This document shows, piece after piece, positions 11,587 through 25,436 of a stretch of DNA of 64,000 bases. A model generated the notes under the pieces. It searched no databases and was not told the origin of the DNA. It worked only from the letters and a program-made list of their open reading frames with translations. Position 1 is the stretch's first letter. The number at the start of each line of letters is the position of its first letter. A program made the position numbers and the translations under genes. Source of the DNA: Eledone cirrhosa (Eukaryota); assembly GCA_964016885.1 (NCBI GenBank), contig OZ024741.1:67022001-67086000 (forward strand), read 5' to 3'.

Positions 11587-12381
11587 TCTGTGTGTGTGTC
11601 TGTTATTTATGTTTTGTCCATTTGTGTCTCGTAAATTAGTTGCTCGACGAATAGAAATCGATAAAATACCAGACTGAAATTATACGTAATGCGGTTAATC
11701 AACTAAAAAACCTTATAGGAACTGCCTGAGTATGACTACAGTCCAATAATGGAAATTAGTAGAAATAATACTGGAATATATTCATAGGCAAAAGTATGTA
11801 TATATATATATATATTATACTATTGCAGTGCACCCACTTTTAGCCTACGCCCAACCCGGATTCTCCATAAAATAAATATACGCAAAAAGAAGATATGGAA
11901 TAAATATTATCGAGTAAATAAAATAATTATTAATTATTTATCTGGAGTAGACCAGAAAATCTATACTGACGTTCTTCAATTTATTCATGTTATTTATCTA
12001 ATATACATATTTTTTAGTTTATGTTGTTTTTGTTTTCTACTCAATATTCCAAGCTGGGAAACTTCTCCAATTGATTACTGTTATCACACTGTCTGCAAAA
12101 TGTTGCAGTTTACTTGGTGATAGTAATGAGAGTGTGTTGAGACGGTTGTGAAAGTTGTGTCTGGTTAAAAGCTTGGTGCTAATTGTGGTAGTTTGTGGGT
12201 AGTGCTAGATATTAGTTGGTTTAATGTTAATGTTGAGAGTTAAAGAATTATTGAAGCTTTTGTTATTCTTTTTTCTTTTGTTTTGCTGAAAAATGAGCGG
12301 TGGTGGTGTTGATGTGATGTGTATTTATAGTACAGTTTCATATATATACATAAACACACACACATATACATGTATATATAT

Positions 12382-12441
<60 letters not shown>

Positions 12442-13194
12442 TATATTAACAGATTAAAGTTTAAGCAAAGAATATATATATATATATATATATGCAAAAG
12501 TTCTATTTAAAATTGTTGGGATACAACAAGTAAATATTTTATAACTGATATAAAGCACTCGACAAGTTTTTGGAGTAGATATACGATATTAATAAATGGA
12601 AACTATATTTATAAAACCATATTTATTTCATTATACATATTTCAGGGATACCAAATTAAAATATGGTATGCCTTCATCAGACAAAATACAATATATAAAC
12701 AGTTTTATAAATAATTTTGACGTACCCTATTAAATGCAACTATTATTTTTGGAAGCTGTCTGGATAGTGAAATGTTTATATTATTTTATTAGTTATAGTG
12801 TTAAGCACAATTAGAAAAAACGGAGAGAAAGAAAGAAAAAAAAAGACGGAGAGAGAGAAGGAGAGAGAAAGAAGGAGAGAGAGAAAAAGAAAACCTGGAG
12901 AAATATCGGAGAGAGAGAGAAATGTATGTAGAAAAGAAAGAGATAAATAGATAGGAGGAAATAAAAAAGAAAGAAAAAAGGAAGAAATAAGAAAAACAAA
13001 GGAAAGCAACAGAGAGATAATAAGTCATCATACAGATAGAAAAACTCAAGAGCGAGAAAATAGGTAGAGCAGGATATAGAGATAAAATTAAATACATCGA
13101 TAATAATAATAAGCAAACTAACCAAAATAATAACAATTTCAATTACGGTAACAACTTTAACAACTATAATAGAAAACATTACAATAATTCCAAA

Positions 13195-13895
13195 AGCCGA
13201 AAAAGAAATAGAACTAGAAATATATTATGGTTTGCCCCCTTTTTTCTCACTAAATATTAAAACCCATATTGCTAAACTATTCCTTAATGCTCTTGACAAA
13301 CGCTTCCCGAGAACACATAAATATTACTCAATTTTTAATAGACACATTATAAAATTAAATTACTCGTCCACCAAAAATTTAGCACAAAATATTAATAGAA
13401 TTAATAATAGGAATTTAAAACCTAACCAAAATACCAATAATAACCCAAACAATATTCAATTAAATAACTGTAACTGTAGAAATAAATCTAACTGTACGTT
13501 AAATAACAACTGCTTAGCTAAAAATGTAGTGTACAATTGTAATGTTAAAACTAATTTAAATTCTTTCAACTATGTTGGTTCCACCTCGACAGAATTTAAA
13601 CTTCGCTTCAATAATCATAAGAATTCTTTCACAGATCCAAACAAAAAATCTTCAACTTCGCTATCTAGCCTACTCTGGCACCTTAAACGAGATAATATTA
13701 AATATTCGATGAATTGGAATATTATTTCATAAGCTACTCCTTTTAATTCCTCTTCAGAAAATTGTGATCTTTGTATAGAAGAAATATTCTTTATATTAAA
13801 GTCCAAAAATTCCCTTAATTTAAGGAGCAATTTATTCAGTCGCTGCAGACATAGATTGAACTCAACGTTTAAATATAAATATAAATTTAAAATGT
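13195..13895 (+). pseudogene. PLE linker plus GIY-YIG endonuclease fragment
   Basis: RNRTRNILWFAPFFS, HKYYSIFNRHIIKLNYS, CNCRNKSNCTLNNNC, VVY..YVGST..FKLRFNNHKNSF, an in-frame TAA at 13730, then CDLCIEE..LNLRSNLFSRCRH. Confidence 0.9.
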
Positions 13896-15330
13896 AGTAT
13901 AATTAATTAAGAAATTTAGTTAATATATGAAACCTGTCGATAAATCATTAGATTCCTTCACCTTTTTCATTTTAAACTTTCTTCCTAAATATAAACAAGG
14001 ATATAATAAACTACTCTAAAATGTATATGTTCCCAATGTATTAAATAAAATATACGTAAGATAAATTTCTATACTAAATATAAGGTTATCCGTAGAATCA
14101 CTAGGTCTTCTAAATCTTTTAAATTATTTTTATTTTTTTATTTGTTTTGACTCTGATAGCTTCTAATAACTTTCATAAGTCTACCCTTTCAATATCTTGT
14201 TTGAGATATAGGTAGGATAAATTTCTATACTAAATATATAAAACATATTATTTTAACTTGAGATACTCTATAGTGTTTTAAAGATATTTAATGCTTTGAT
14301 ATTTCTATATTAATATATTGATATTTGATTATCTCTATACAAATGCCATATGTGTGTATTAACATGCATATAAAAGTGTTTGTATATATGTCTGTATATA
14401 TACATGAGCGATGCTGGAGGACTCACGCAGATATTTATTTATACATATGTATGTATATATATGTGTGTGTGTATATGTGATGTATGTTGCATATATGCAT
14501 AATATTAAATACATGAACGGTAATCGTATATATGAGGACATGAATATTAATCGTATATTTATGTATATATACTGTGAACTTTTTATAACAAAAGGAGTGT
14601 ATAGCAGTGATCAAGTGAAATCATTTGCGCTTTGTGTGTCTATATTATTGGCTTGAGTAGACATAATTTCTATTTTCAGGACGTACATATGTGTGTGTAT
14701 ATATATACATATTTGTATCCTGATTTTTATAAATAGGGTACTTTTTGAAAGATTTAACTCAGATTTTGGTATATTGATCTCAAGTTTTTAAACTAAACAT
14801 ATGGTCATTATTGAACAATGTTATTTTCTCATATTATATATCTATGTCCCATTCATGAATATATTTATATTTTTATTATTCATTTCATATAAATTGTTAA
14901 CTCAACTTAATGACATGACGTAAAGTTGTCACTATCTCCCCCTCTCTCTATATAGTATTTTCTCTCTCTTGAGTTTTTCTATCTGTATGATGACTTATTA
15001 TCTCTCTGTTGCTTTCCTTTGTTTTTCTTATTTCTTCCTTTTTTCTTTCTTTTTTATTTCCTCCTATCTATTTATCTCTTTCTTTTCTACATACATTTCT
15101 CTCTCTCTCCGATATTTCTCCAGGTTTTCTTTCTCTCTCTCTCTTTCTTTCTCTCTCCTTCTCTCTCTCCGTCTTTTTTTTCTTTCTTTCTCTCCGTCTT
15201 TTTCTAATTGTGCTTAACATTATAACTAATAAAATAATATAAACATTTCACTATCCTGACAGCTTCCAAAAATAATAGTTGCATTTAATAGGGTACGTCA
15301 AAATTATTTATAAAACTGTTTATATATTGT

Positions 15331-15390
15331 ATTTTGTCTGATGAAAGCATACCATATTTTAATTTGGTATCCCTGAAATATGTATAATGA
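15331..15390 (+). ncRNA. HHR-like motif of a recurrent pLTR family (copies at 12629-12687 minus, about 20267-20320 plus, 35473-35531 minus, 47210-47268 plus)
   Basis: CTGATGA A(A/G)GcATACCA-loop-TGGTATcCCT GAAA TATGTA. The core is intact but stems I and III are weak. Confidence 0.55.
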
Positions 15391-15444
15391 AATAAATATG
15401 GTTTTATAAATATAGTTTCCATTTATTAATATCGTATATATATA

Positions 15445-16257
<813 letters not shown>

Positions 16258-17156
16258 AAATCCCATGTAAGTATGGAAAATAAATGTTAAATGATGATGA
16301 TGATATGTATATGGTTATATATATATTTAGAATGTGTGAGAGAGAAACACAAAGACAAGTCCCGCTCATCGGCTGTCATCTGTGGATCACTGATAGCTAT
16401 CCTTTTTAGTTATCAACGCACTGTTGATGCTTTTGTTTTTGTTTTTTTCTCATACTTTCTAAATAATACTTATCAGTAACCACACAGCGCCTTTGTCACT
16501 TTTTAATTTATATATATAAATATATAAAACACCGTGAAATATCTTTGCAATACCAAATGGCTTTATGGCCGTACATGCGATTATCTATTTAGCATGCGAA
16601 AATAAAAAAAGATAAGTCAAATTTGAATTGATTTTGTGTTTTAACAGAAGTTGCGAATATTACAGCGAACAATATGCAATATCTTCCAACAGGAAACAAT
16701 ACTAACGCGTTGTTATCACTGAAGAAAGTGCTTGTTGACGAACTTCATGCCCCTGAATCAGGACGTCCCTCCACAACAAGCTTAGCTCCATTTATCCTTG
16801 TGCATGTGATGGTCTGAAAACATTTTTTCCCCACATATATACAAAATGAACACTTTTACATAACATTACAACAACATCCTGCCAGCAGCAGCATCAGCAG
16901 CAGCATCATCATCATCATCATCATCAGCAACAGCAGCAGAGATACCTGAATGTTGGGCGCATTTACCCGGTAGGGATGGCATATAGTCAGAAAACTGCGT
17001 ACATAGCTACTCATCAACTCTACTTGAGCAGATGATGCTGTGCTATTGGACACCATATTACCAACGTCAAATTAATGATCTCACTATATATATATATGTT
17101 GCTATTCATTGAAAAGGAATTGTTAGATGATCTCACTCACTCTTCCTCTCCTACTC

Positions 17157-17196
<40 letters not shown>

Positions 17197-17197
17197 T

Positions 17198-17241
<44 letters not shown>

Positions 17242-17289
17242 GGAGAGAGAGAAAGAGAGAGAGAGAGAGAGTAGGAGAAGAAGAGTGAG

Positions 17290-17530
17290 TGAGATCATCT
17301 ACCAAGTCCTTTTCAATGAATAGCAATATGTAGGAATCCAAGTGCTTCCAGACAGCGAGTTTCTTAACCTTGTCTTTATGATCTTTAGCTTTGAAAACGT
17401 CCTCTCTAATTGGACTTGGATAACGATACTCAGGTAATCATATGCCTGGTTATGAACTCTGTTGGATGCCAGAATTCTTAGTACACACGATGGGGAAGTG
17501 CTGCAAATTTTACAGTTGTTGGAGCTGGAA
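17290..17530 (-). pseudogene. hAT transposase C-terminal dimerisation-domain remnant
   Basis: AYDYLSIVIQVQLERTFSKLKIIKTRLRNSLS continuing, after a frameshift, as LDSYILLFIEKD. Matches the ERxFSxLKxIKTRLR motif. Confidence 0.75.
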
Positions 17531-17658
17531 CCCATATTCTCCCCATTATTAAGCAATAGTTTTAATACATCAAGCAAAAAAAAACCAAAAAAGCAAAAAC
17601 AAAAAAAAAAATTCCTGTTTAACTTGATCTTTGCTGATTTGTGGAAACAACACAATAA

Positions 17659-18180
17659 TCTTAAACTATAATAAAAGAAGGTCTTCGGGACTGCGTACGG
17701 TTTATTCTTTTTATCCCGTTTGTAAAATAAGTTGGATTACTTTGAATAAATAATGAATGAATATTACATAATTTATCTACTAAAATCGTAAACAAAAATA
17801 ATTTCTTAAAAATAAATAATTTAAAATTGACTTCTTTCAAAGTTGCCACCACCACCACTTCAACTACCATATATATAGAAAGAGAGAGTGTGTGATGTCA
17901 ACATTTCCGGTGGCGATCGCTTAAATAAACATACTCATTTTCTGTCACTAATTTTCTCCTAATGCAGTTTATATATATCGTCTTTTTTTAATGCATCATG
18001 GATTACGTTACTGATTACATAAGACAATGTAACACAGACTTCTTTCAATTTCTGTGTTTATTGTTAATTACGATTTTATTTGATGTATCATATCTACATG
18101 TATATATACTTGCGTATAATATCAATATACACACTACACATACTAGCAGAAAACCACCCGAAGAGTGATTTTTCTGCTAG
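17659..18180 (+). mobile_element. Non-autonomous Helitron, family A
   Basis: A|TCTTAAACTATAATAAAAG 5' end, subterminal hairpin GCAGAAAACCAC..GTGATTTTTCTGC, CTAG|T 3' end, no TSD. Second copy at 43939-44421. Confidence 0.8.
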
Positions 18181-18397
18181 TATCATCCAATGCTTCAACT
18201 TCAAGGATCTTCTTTGCAATAGTTTAATACTTTGCTGGGTCAAGGCAGTAAAAACCTCCATACTACTGTATGTGTTTTACTAAGTGTGATTCTAATGACC
18301 GGACAATGCAATGCTTTATCAGATTAAACACAATCAAAATCAGGTAGGATCTGAGAAATAGTAAATATTAAGAATTTCTTACCTGATTTAATGAAGA

Positions 18398-18487
<90 letters not shown>

Positions 18488-18916
18488 ACAGATTATCAGT
18501 AACGACTTCCGGGCTTTCATGCTGACTTAAAATATATGTATGCATGTGTATGTGTGGGTATATACATATGTGTATACACATACATATACGACTAGTTGTC
18601 CGTGATAATAGGTAGCCATTTGGCTACTTCCCCCACCTGTTAGCACCCAGATAAAGCGATTTAGTTAATAGCATCTACATTTTGCACTTTCAACCACTGT
18701 GAAAAGCGAGTTGCAAATGCACTTATTTGATCAGTCTGGATCGTGGAAACCATGGCCCAGGAAAATGTGCACATTACTCATTGCAATTAACCCTTGGTAA
18801 GCACTTTGAGTGCAGTTTTGCACGAATAATTCGTTTAAATCTTTTCTCATTGAGTGAGTAATGAGAACAACGAGGGAGTGGTGAATATTTTCCCTTATAG
18901 CTCTGTATTCACTGTA

Positions 18917-18949
<33 letters not shown>

Positions 18950-18955
<6 letters not shown>

Positions 18956-19866
18956 TAGCGAAACAAACGGTTATTAAACAATTTTCTAAATAAATTAAAA
19001 AATGATTAAATAATCACCTGTTCAGATGCTGTTACCGACGGTTTCATCATTCCGAAAGATTGGAAATCCAACGAATTTCCAATGGAAAGAAATGAATCTT
19101 CAGACAGCCCTATTTCCACGCTATAAGGTATCTAGCCTAATAACAAGTAAATATTATGCTCCCTGACCAACGCATGCGGTCAAGCCGTTAAAGTGACACA
19201 CACGCAAATCAGGTCGCTGATAAAAGCTGGATATTTAATCATTTTTAATTTATTTAGAAAATTGTTTAATAACCATTTGTTTCGCTACTTTTATATTGTT
19301 CTGGTATCTCGAATTAGTGCCATTGAACCACATGTATTATAAACAACTTGAATATTTCTACAAGTACATTGTACCTGTTGAAGTATCCATCCACTTCTAT
19401 AATTTATTCTCCTTATGTAGAGAACAAAACGTTGAATAATGCTACTAATTTTAGTGGCAATTCGACATGTTTATAATATCCAGTTTTCATCAGCGACCTG
19501 ATTTGCGTGTGTGTCACTTTAACGGCTTGACCGCTTGCTTTGGGCAGGGAGCATAATATTTACTTGCTATTAAGCTAGATACCTTATAGCGTGGAAATAG
19601 GGCTGTCTTAAGATTAATTTCTTTCCATTGGAAATTCGTTGGATTTCCAATCTTTCGGAATGATGAAACCGTCGGTAACAGCATCTGAACAGGTGATTAT
19701 TTAATCATTTTTTAATTTATTTAGAAAATTGTTTAATAACCGTTTGTTTCGCTACTTTTATATTGTTCTGGTATCTCGAATTAGTGCCATTGAACCACAT
19801 GTATTATAAACAACTTGAATATTTCTACAAGTACATTGTACCTATTGAAGTATCCATCCACTTCTA
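18950..19866. mobile_element. ORF-less PLE pLTR remnant with inverted and tandem structure
   Basis: 18950-19225 is the reverse complement of 19484-19760, and 19235-19400 is a direct repeat of 19697-19866. Flanked by (TA)n. Confidence 0.8.
19028..19108 (-). ncRNA. Hammerhead ribozyme motif with long stem II (core-mutated copy at 19602-19682 plus)
   Basis: GCTGT CTGAAGA tTCATTTC..ATTGGAAATTC-gttg-GATTTCCAAT..GGAATGAt GAAA CCGTCGG TA ACAGC, with a 5-bp stem I. Confidence 0.75.
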
Positions 19867-20033
19867 TATATATATATATGTAAATATATATATATCCAGA
19901 GAGTGTAACGCGGAGTTACTGTAGGTTCACCCGGGTGAGCACTCGTTTGTATCGAGGTGTAGAGCTAGACAGAATGTAGTATGATAAAATAAAACAAGGA
20001 CGAGTGGTTACTCCTTCATTATGTTTATTGGTT

Positions 20034-20118
20034 GGCGACGCGCGTTTCGCCTCCAATCAGTTCAATGTTCGATCTGTATCGATCTAGCCGGACTCTGTAA
20101 TCAACGGTTTGTCAGACC
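20034..20118 (-). ncRNA. Degenerate HHR motif in a PLE 3'-end remnant (about 19895-20130)
   Basis: ggt CTGACAA, long imperfect stem II, GAAA CGCGCG TC gcc. G8 is mutated. Confidence 0.5.
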
Positions 20119-20127
20119 CTTTTATTT

Positions 20128-20194
<67 letters not shown>

Positions 20195-20199
<5 letters not shown>

Positions 20200-20462
20200 A
20201 GTGAATTTCCAACCGATAAGGTATGATTTTCATGGGAACGTCTCTATTTATAAAACAAACTTTGTATTTTATCTGATGAAAGCGTACCAATGTTGTCTTG
20301 GTTGCCCTTAAAATATATATAATAAAATAAATATGGTTTTATAAATATAGTTTCCATTTATTTAATATCATTGAATATTTACTCCAGTAATTGTTGATTG
20401 CTCTAAATCAGTTATAAACATTTATGTTTGTCGGACTTCCAACAAATTAAATACAACTTCTA

Positions 20463-20465
<3 letters not shown>
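20195..20465 (+). mobile_element. Diverged solo pLTR of the 12.5/15.3-kb family
   Basis: Similar to 15250-15435 and 35607-35757. Flanked by (TA)n. Confidence 0.65.
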
Positions 20466-20507
<42 letters not shown>

Positions 20508-21002
20508 AAGAAATTAAAAGATGGTTAAAAAAGTTCCATATATTTTATTATGCGCATTTCGAAAACAACATCATCCTGGGACAGAAATTGTGTTCTCAGA
20601 TAAAATAAGGTAACATGATGATGAGGCCTAAAAACACTTGTGAACAAGAAAGTGTACAATCTACATATGACAAAAAATATAAGAGAAGAGAAAAAATAGG
20701 AAAAATGAAGAAAAGGAAAGAAGAAAGAAAAAGGAAAAAGAAATGGAAAGATGAAAAAAGGAAAAAAGAAAGAAAGAAGGAGGAGAGAGAAAGAGAGAGA
20801 GAGAGAGAGATTTTTAGTCGGGAACGCTGTCAAAAATGAAAAAGAGCATGTCAATAACGGCTAAAAAAATAAATAAATAAATTGATGAGGTGTATGTGCT
20901 AATATTACAAAAATTATAGGTTTAGAATGTAGAAACTGGGTATATTATTTTATATTGAGTTTGAATACTAAAAATTGAATTAAGAAGTGTAAAAATGTAT
21001 TA

Positions 21003-21075
21003 ATAAAATAAAATAAAATAAAATAAAATAAAATAAAATAAAATAAAATAAAATAAAATAAAATAAAATAAAATT
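21003..21075. repeat. (TAAAA)n pentanucleotide repeat
   Basis: Directly visible. Confidence 0.95.
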
Positions 21076-21212
21076 AAAAATAATTATAATAATTATGAAA
21101 AAAGGGTTTTTAAAATAAAATAAAATAAAATAAAAAAAGATAGAATAGAATAAAAAATAAAAATAAGAATAGTCTATCTATGTCAAAATTAAAAATTACT
21201 ATTATTATTTTA

Positions 21213-21322
21213 TATCCCGCCGAGGTTGACTTTGCCTTTCATCCTTACGGGGTCGATAAAATAAAGTACCAGTAATGCACTGGGTGATTGCTGGCCTTGT
21301 GCCTAAAGTAGAAACAATTATT
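21213..21322 (+). mobile_element. tRNA-derived SINE, 3' part
   Basis: Core GCCGAGGTTGACTTTGCCTTTCATCCTTACGGGGTCGATAAAATAAAGTACCAG is shared with many copies in this window. Confidence 0.85.
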
Positions 21323-21461
21323 TTATATCAACAAGTAAATAAAGGAAATTGCTAGAAAGGTTTATAAATGAGAAAGACATAAGACGTCATAGTTTGTTTA
21401 GAGTGCTACTTATCTGATATATGCATAGTGTTATTGTTGTACAATATTACTCACCTCCTAC

Positions 21462-21499
<38 letters not shown>

Positions 21500-21502
<3 letters not shown>

Positions 21503-21608
21503 AAAATTAAAATTAAGGGTTGTCATGTCTGAGAGACATGCGCCATATCCACCGTAGAATAAGCTCAAAGATTAGATCCGAGCATTACATATCAACTAGA
21601 AATAGATT

Positions 21609-21645
<37 letters not shown>

Positions 21646-22240
21646 AACATATGAAACAATCACAGAGAATAATTTGTAAAGAATGTAAGCACACATAGCT
21701 AGGTAGGTAACTAATTAAAGTTTAACTAGAACTTCAAATATAGATACCTTTTAAATTGATTAATCTCCTTTGTATATATTTCTTTAAATAAGAAATACAT
21801 TTCACCTATTAATCCGTAAATCACAGTAGTCAAATTCTCGGATGGTCACCAAAGGAGAAGAAGATAACTATCTGCGTTTACAAAGCAAATGCAAATCTGT
21901 GAATGACTCGAACCACGTGTTGCATTTTTTAAAAATACACACATTGCACAACGTCATCCCAGTGGCGTGAATAGGACCATCGACAGCCAGAAATAGCAGC
22001 CGAGCCTATTCAACTGAATTAGCTCAACAATCAAGGTGCCGTATATCTAAAATTAAAATTAAGGGTTGTTATGTCTGAGAGACATGCGCCATATCCACCG
22101 TAGAATAAGCTCAAAGATTAGATCCGAGCATTACATATCAACTAGAAATAGATTGACATCGGTGGATATGGCGCATGTCTCTCGGAGATGACAACCCTTA
22201 ATTTTAATTTTGGATATATATACGGCCCCTTGATTGTTGA
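21500..22240. repeat. Direct repeat 21500-21612/22046-22159 plus inverted repeat 22025-22100/22161-22240 (PLE-terminus-like)
   Basis: Repeats directly visible, with (TA)n flanks. Confidence 0.7.
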
Positions 22241-22334
22241 TTATATATATATAATAATTACGCATTTGTTTACATTTAAAAAGATTCCATAATGTTAAGG
22301 ACACATATACACACACACACACACATATATATAT

Positions 22335-22520
22335 GTTATCCCGGGTCCAATCGGGGGTAACCACAGTAAGGTACTCCATACATAGCAGAGTATGAATATT
22401 TTATATAGAAATGGCTATTACAGGACTAGAACTGTTTAATTCATAGGAAATCATCAGGAACTTTCCTGATGATTTGCTCCGAATGGAGCAGTTCTAGCCC
22501 TGTAGAAGTCATTACTATAT
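22335..22520. repeat. pLTR-like repeat with fold-back centred at about 22461; related copy at 40030-40152
   Basis: AAATCATCAGGAA-ct-TTCCTGATGATTT palindrome with imperfect extended arms and CTGATGA on both strands. Confidence 0.6.
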
Positions 22521-22827
22521 TACACATACTGACCCCCCCCCACACACATATATATAATATAAAGTTATATATAAAGTTATATATAATATAAATTTATACA
22601 TACAGAGCAGGTAACCAAGACTGCTCCACTGTGTATATAAATATGCCCATATCTAATATGTAGGCATCTAAACATGCCAGAAAATAATTATTTCCCTATA
22701 AAAAACAAAACAAAAAAAATACCTTTAAACGATTTTCGGACATAATTGGACCAGAATACTATTAAAAGCGATGGGTATATAAATCCACCAAATACGTTTC
22801 CTGTGGTTGTTTGTGGAATATACACGC

Positions 22828-22868
22828 CTTCTGATGAGGGCTTTATTAGTTCTGAAAATTGATTAAAG
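22828..22868 (+). ncRNA. Minimal HHR motif
   Basis: ctt CTGATGA GGGCT-ttatt-AGTTC t GAAA ATTGAT TA aag. Confidence 0.55.
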
Positions 22869-22889
22869 TTGTTTATCATTTATATCAAT

Positions 22890-23100
22890 TTACTGTTGTA
22901 AACACTCCATATCTCCTAGGCATAAGCGCGAATGTTTTAATGAGATCCAACCTCGTAGTAATGCTGATATAACTACGTTTCAAAACTATGTAACGCAATC
23001 TTCTAAATGTTAGTTTTGCTTTGTCTATTTTAATATTCACCTCGTTAGCAAGTTGCACATGCCTGAAGAGATTACTAAAAGGTAAGTGAACTGACTTAGC
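22890..23100 (-). pseudogene. RTE-like LINE fragment
   Basis: LANEVNIKIDKAKLTFRRLRYIVLKRSYISITTRLDL resembles the E..RI.KA...F..L region of RTE RTs. Confidence 0.5.
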
Positions 23101-23539
23101 AGGCCGTTGAAAACAACAGATTTCAGTAGAGACCATGTGAGGTTGTAAGATGTTCGTTTATTAAACCATTGATTTAAGCTATTCCTGCATATAGAAATAG
23201 AGAGAAAGTGACGTGCGAACGAGTATCCTCCACCTTCACCTCTGGGTCCCAGCCGAAAGGATGGACAATACATTGCCCCGAGAGACTGCGAGGGAGAAGC
23301 GCTGTCACAGCCACTCCTCCTCATGGAGCTGGTACCCGCAGGCGGCCAACTCCGCTCCGATAGCAAACCATTTAGGTTATGTTAGAATCTTGTGTCTACA
23401 CTTTTCACAAACAATAGCCATGTTTTTAATTTTGATAGAGATTTGGTTGTTAGTTTGAAAACGCCAAGCAGCGACAAAAAACTAATTCGTTAGTTCTTTA
23501 TCGTAATAGTCGCATTTTTGATAGCGTGGGCATACTGAT

Positions 23540-24005
23540 AATAATTGTTTCTATGTTTGGCATAAGGCCAGCAATTATCCCAGTACATTACTGTTGCTTT
23601 ATTTTATCGACCCCGTAAGGATGAAAGGCAAAGTTGATCACAGCGGGATTTAAACTCAGATTGGAAAGGGCCGTAACTCTATGCTGCAAATCATAGCGTC
23701 CGATTCTCTACCGATACTGCTAATAATATCATAATATTTGAACTCAGATCATAAAGGGGTCTGAGTTCAAATCCCACTGAGGTCAACTTTCCCTTTCATC
23801 CTTACGGGGTCGATTAATAATTGTTTCTACTTTAGGCACAAGGCCAGCAAATACCCAGTGCATTACTGGTACTTTTATTTTATCGACCCCGTAAGGATGA
23901 AAGGCAAAGTCAACCTCGGCGGGATTTGAACTCAGATCGTAAAGGGACGTAACTATGCTGGAAAGCATGGCATCTGACCCTCTACCGATACTGCCAATCC
24001 ACCAT
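23540..24005 (-). mobile_element. SINE cluster: 23540-23720 minus, fragment 23760-23813 plus, 23815-24005 minus
   Basis: Shared SINE core plus A-box-like TGGCAGTATCGG and B-box-like GAGTTCAAATCC. Confidence 0.85.
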
Positions 24006-24797
24006 GGGTCGAAGTTGTTTTTGTTATTGCTGCAGCTGCCGTTGCATTTTTGTGATTATCTCTACTGCTGATGATGCTGCTTTATTTTGTTGTTGTTGTT
24101 GTTTATGTAAAGATGAACAAAGATTGAGCAGATATCTGACCAAAGAAAGGAACTCCAGCCTGAATCATCCTATATTTTAAACTATGGGTAGGAAAATCAA
24201 GACTACATTGTGTCCAATCTTAAAAATGGTAACGTGTGATTTAAGAGAGATTTGGTTATCATTTCTAGTAGGTCGAAGCATCAGGTACAATCACCCCCTC
24301 CTTGGTTGTCAGTTGTTGTGTGGGTGATACTGGATATATTTGTTGGTATTGTAGAGTTGTTGTTACAGATAGTACTGATAGTTGTAACAGTGGCAGGAAC
24401 AGGCAACAAGTAGTGGTGATGTTGAAAATAGTAATAATTATGATAGTTGGGGTGATAAGGTTGTAGAGGTGAAGATAGTGATCTAGAGGTTGTGATGGTT
24501 AGCGATAGTGTTAGAAAGGTGGTGATGATGATCTTGTAGGTGATAGTGGGAGTAAGGAAATGGTGATAATGGTGCTACATGAGGTAATTTCTGTGGTGAT
24601 GACAGTGGTAGTGGTGATGATAGCAGGTCTGAAAAATAAAGTTAAAGGAAGAGAAATTGCAAGAAGCACTGAGGAGGAGAAGGAAATAGAAGGAAAGACT
24701 GAAGGAGAGAGAGAGAGCAGAGAGGGAGAGGGGAGAGAGAGGAGGAGAGAATGGGGCAGATGGAGGAAGAGGATGATATATATATATATAAAGAGAA

Positions 24798-24934
<137 letters not shown>

Positions 24935-25285
24935 GTGATAGAACGAACAGGACATTTTCACCTAACTTGTTTTGAACTATACATGCTTTCTACATCGTCA
25001 AGTCAGCAAATTCAAAAACAATATTAAAACAAGAACGGCAACAGCCTTATTAACGATAATAACAACATCAGCAATAAGAATAAAAACAATTATAAATTAG
25101 TAAATAAATATATAAAATAAAGTCAGAAATCAATTTTTACTGCGACCGAAATAAAATACCGTTTATCATAATTTAAATGGAAAATCAAGATATCGGATAA
25201 CGTGAGAACTTACGTTTAATAGAATTTATTCCCTGAGGCAAATTTGAAGCTACATCAGATAAAAGGCTGCTAACTGTATTCAAAC

Positions 25286-25436
<151 letters not shown>

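Larger units (their letters stand above)
12490..15435 (+). mobile_element. 5'-truncated Nematis-like PLE with inverted 5' pLTR
   Basis: 12585-13050 is the reverse complement of 14965-15435. An endonuclease fragment lies between them, and the ends are in (TA)n. Confidence 0.85.

Noticed and set aside
11810-12330. Possible reverse-oriented Helitron end or other repeat
   Set aside because: Termini are too degenerate and no second copy is present in the window.
13195-13895. Selenocysteine-recoding (Naiad-type) PLE
   Set aside because: The endonuclease is C-terminal, Cys codons are TGT/TGC and the internal stop is TAA, not TGA.
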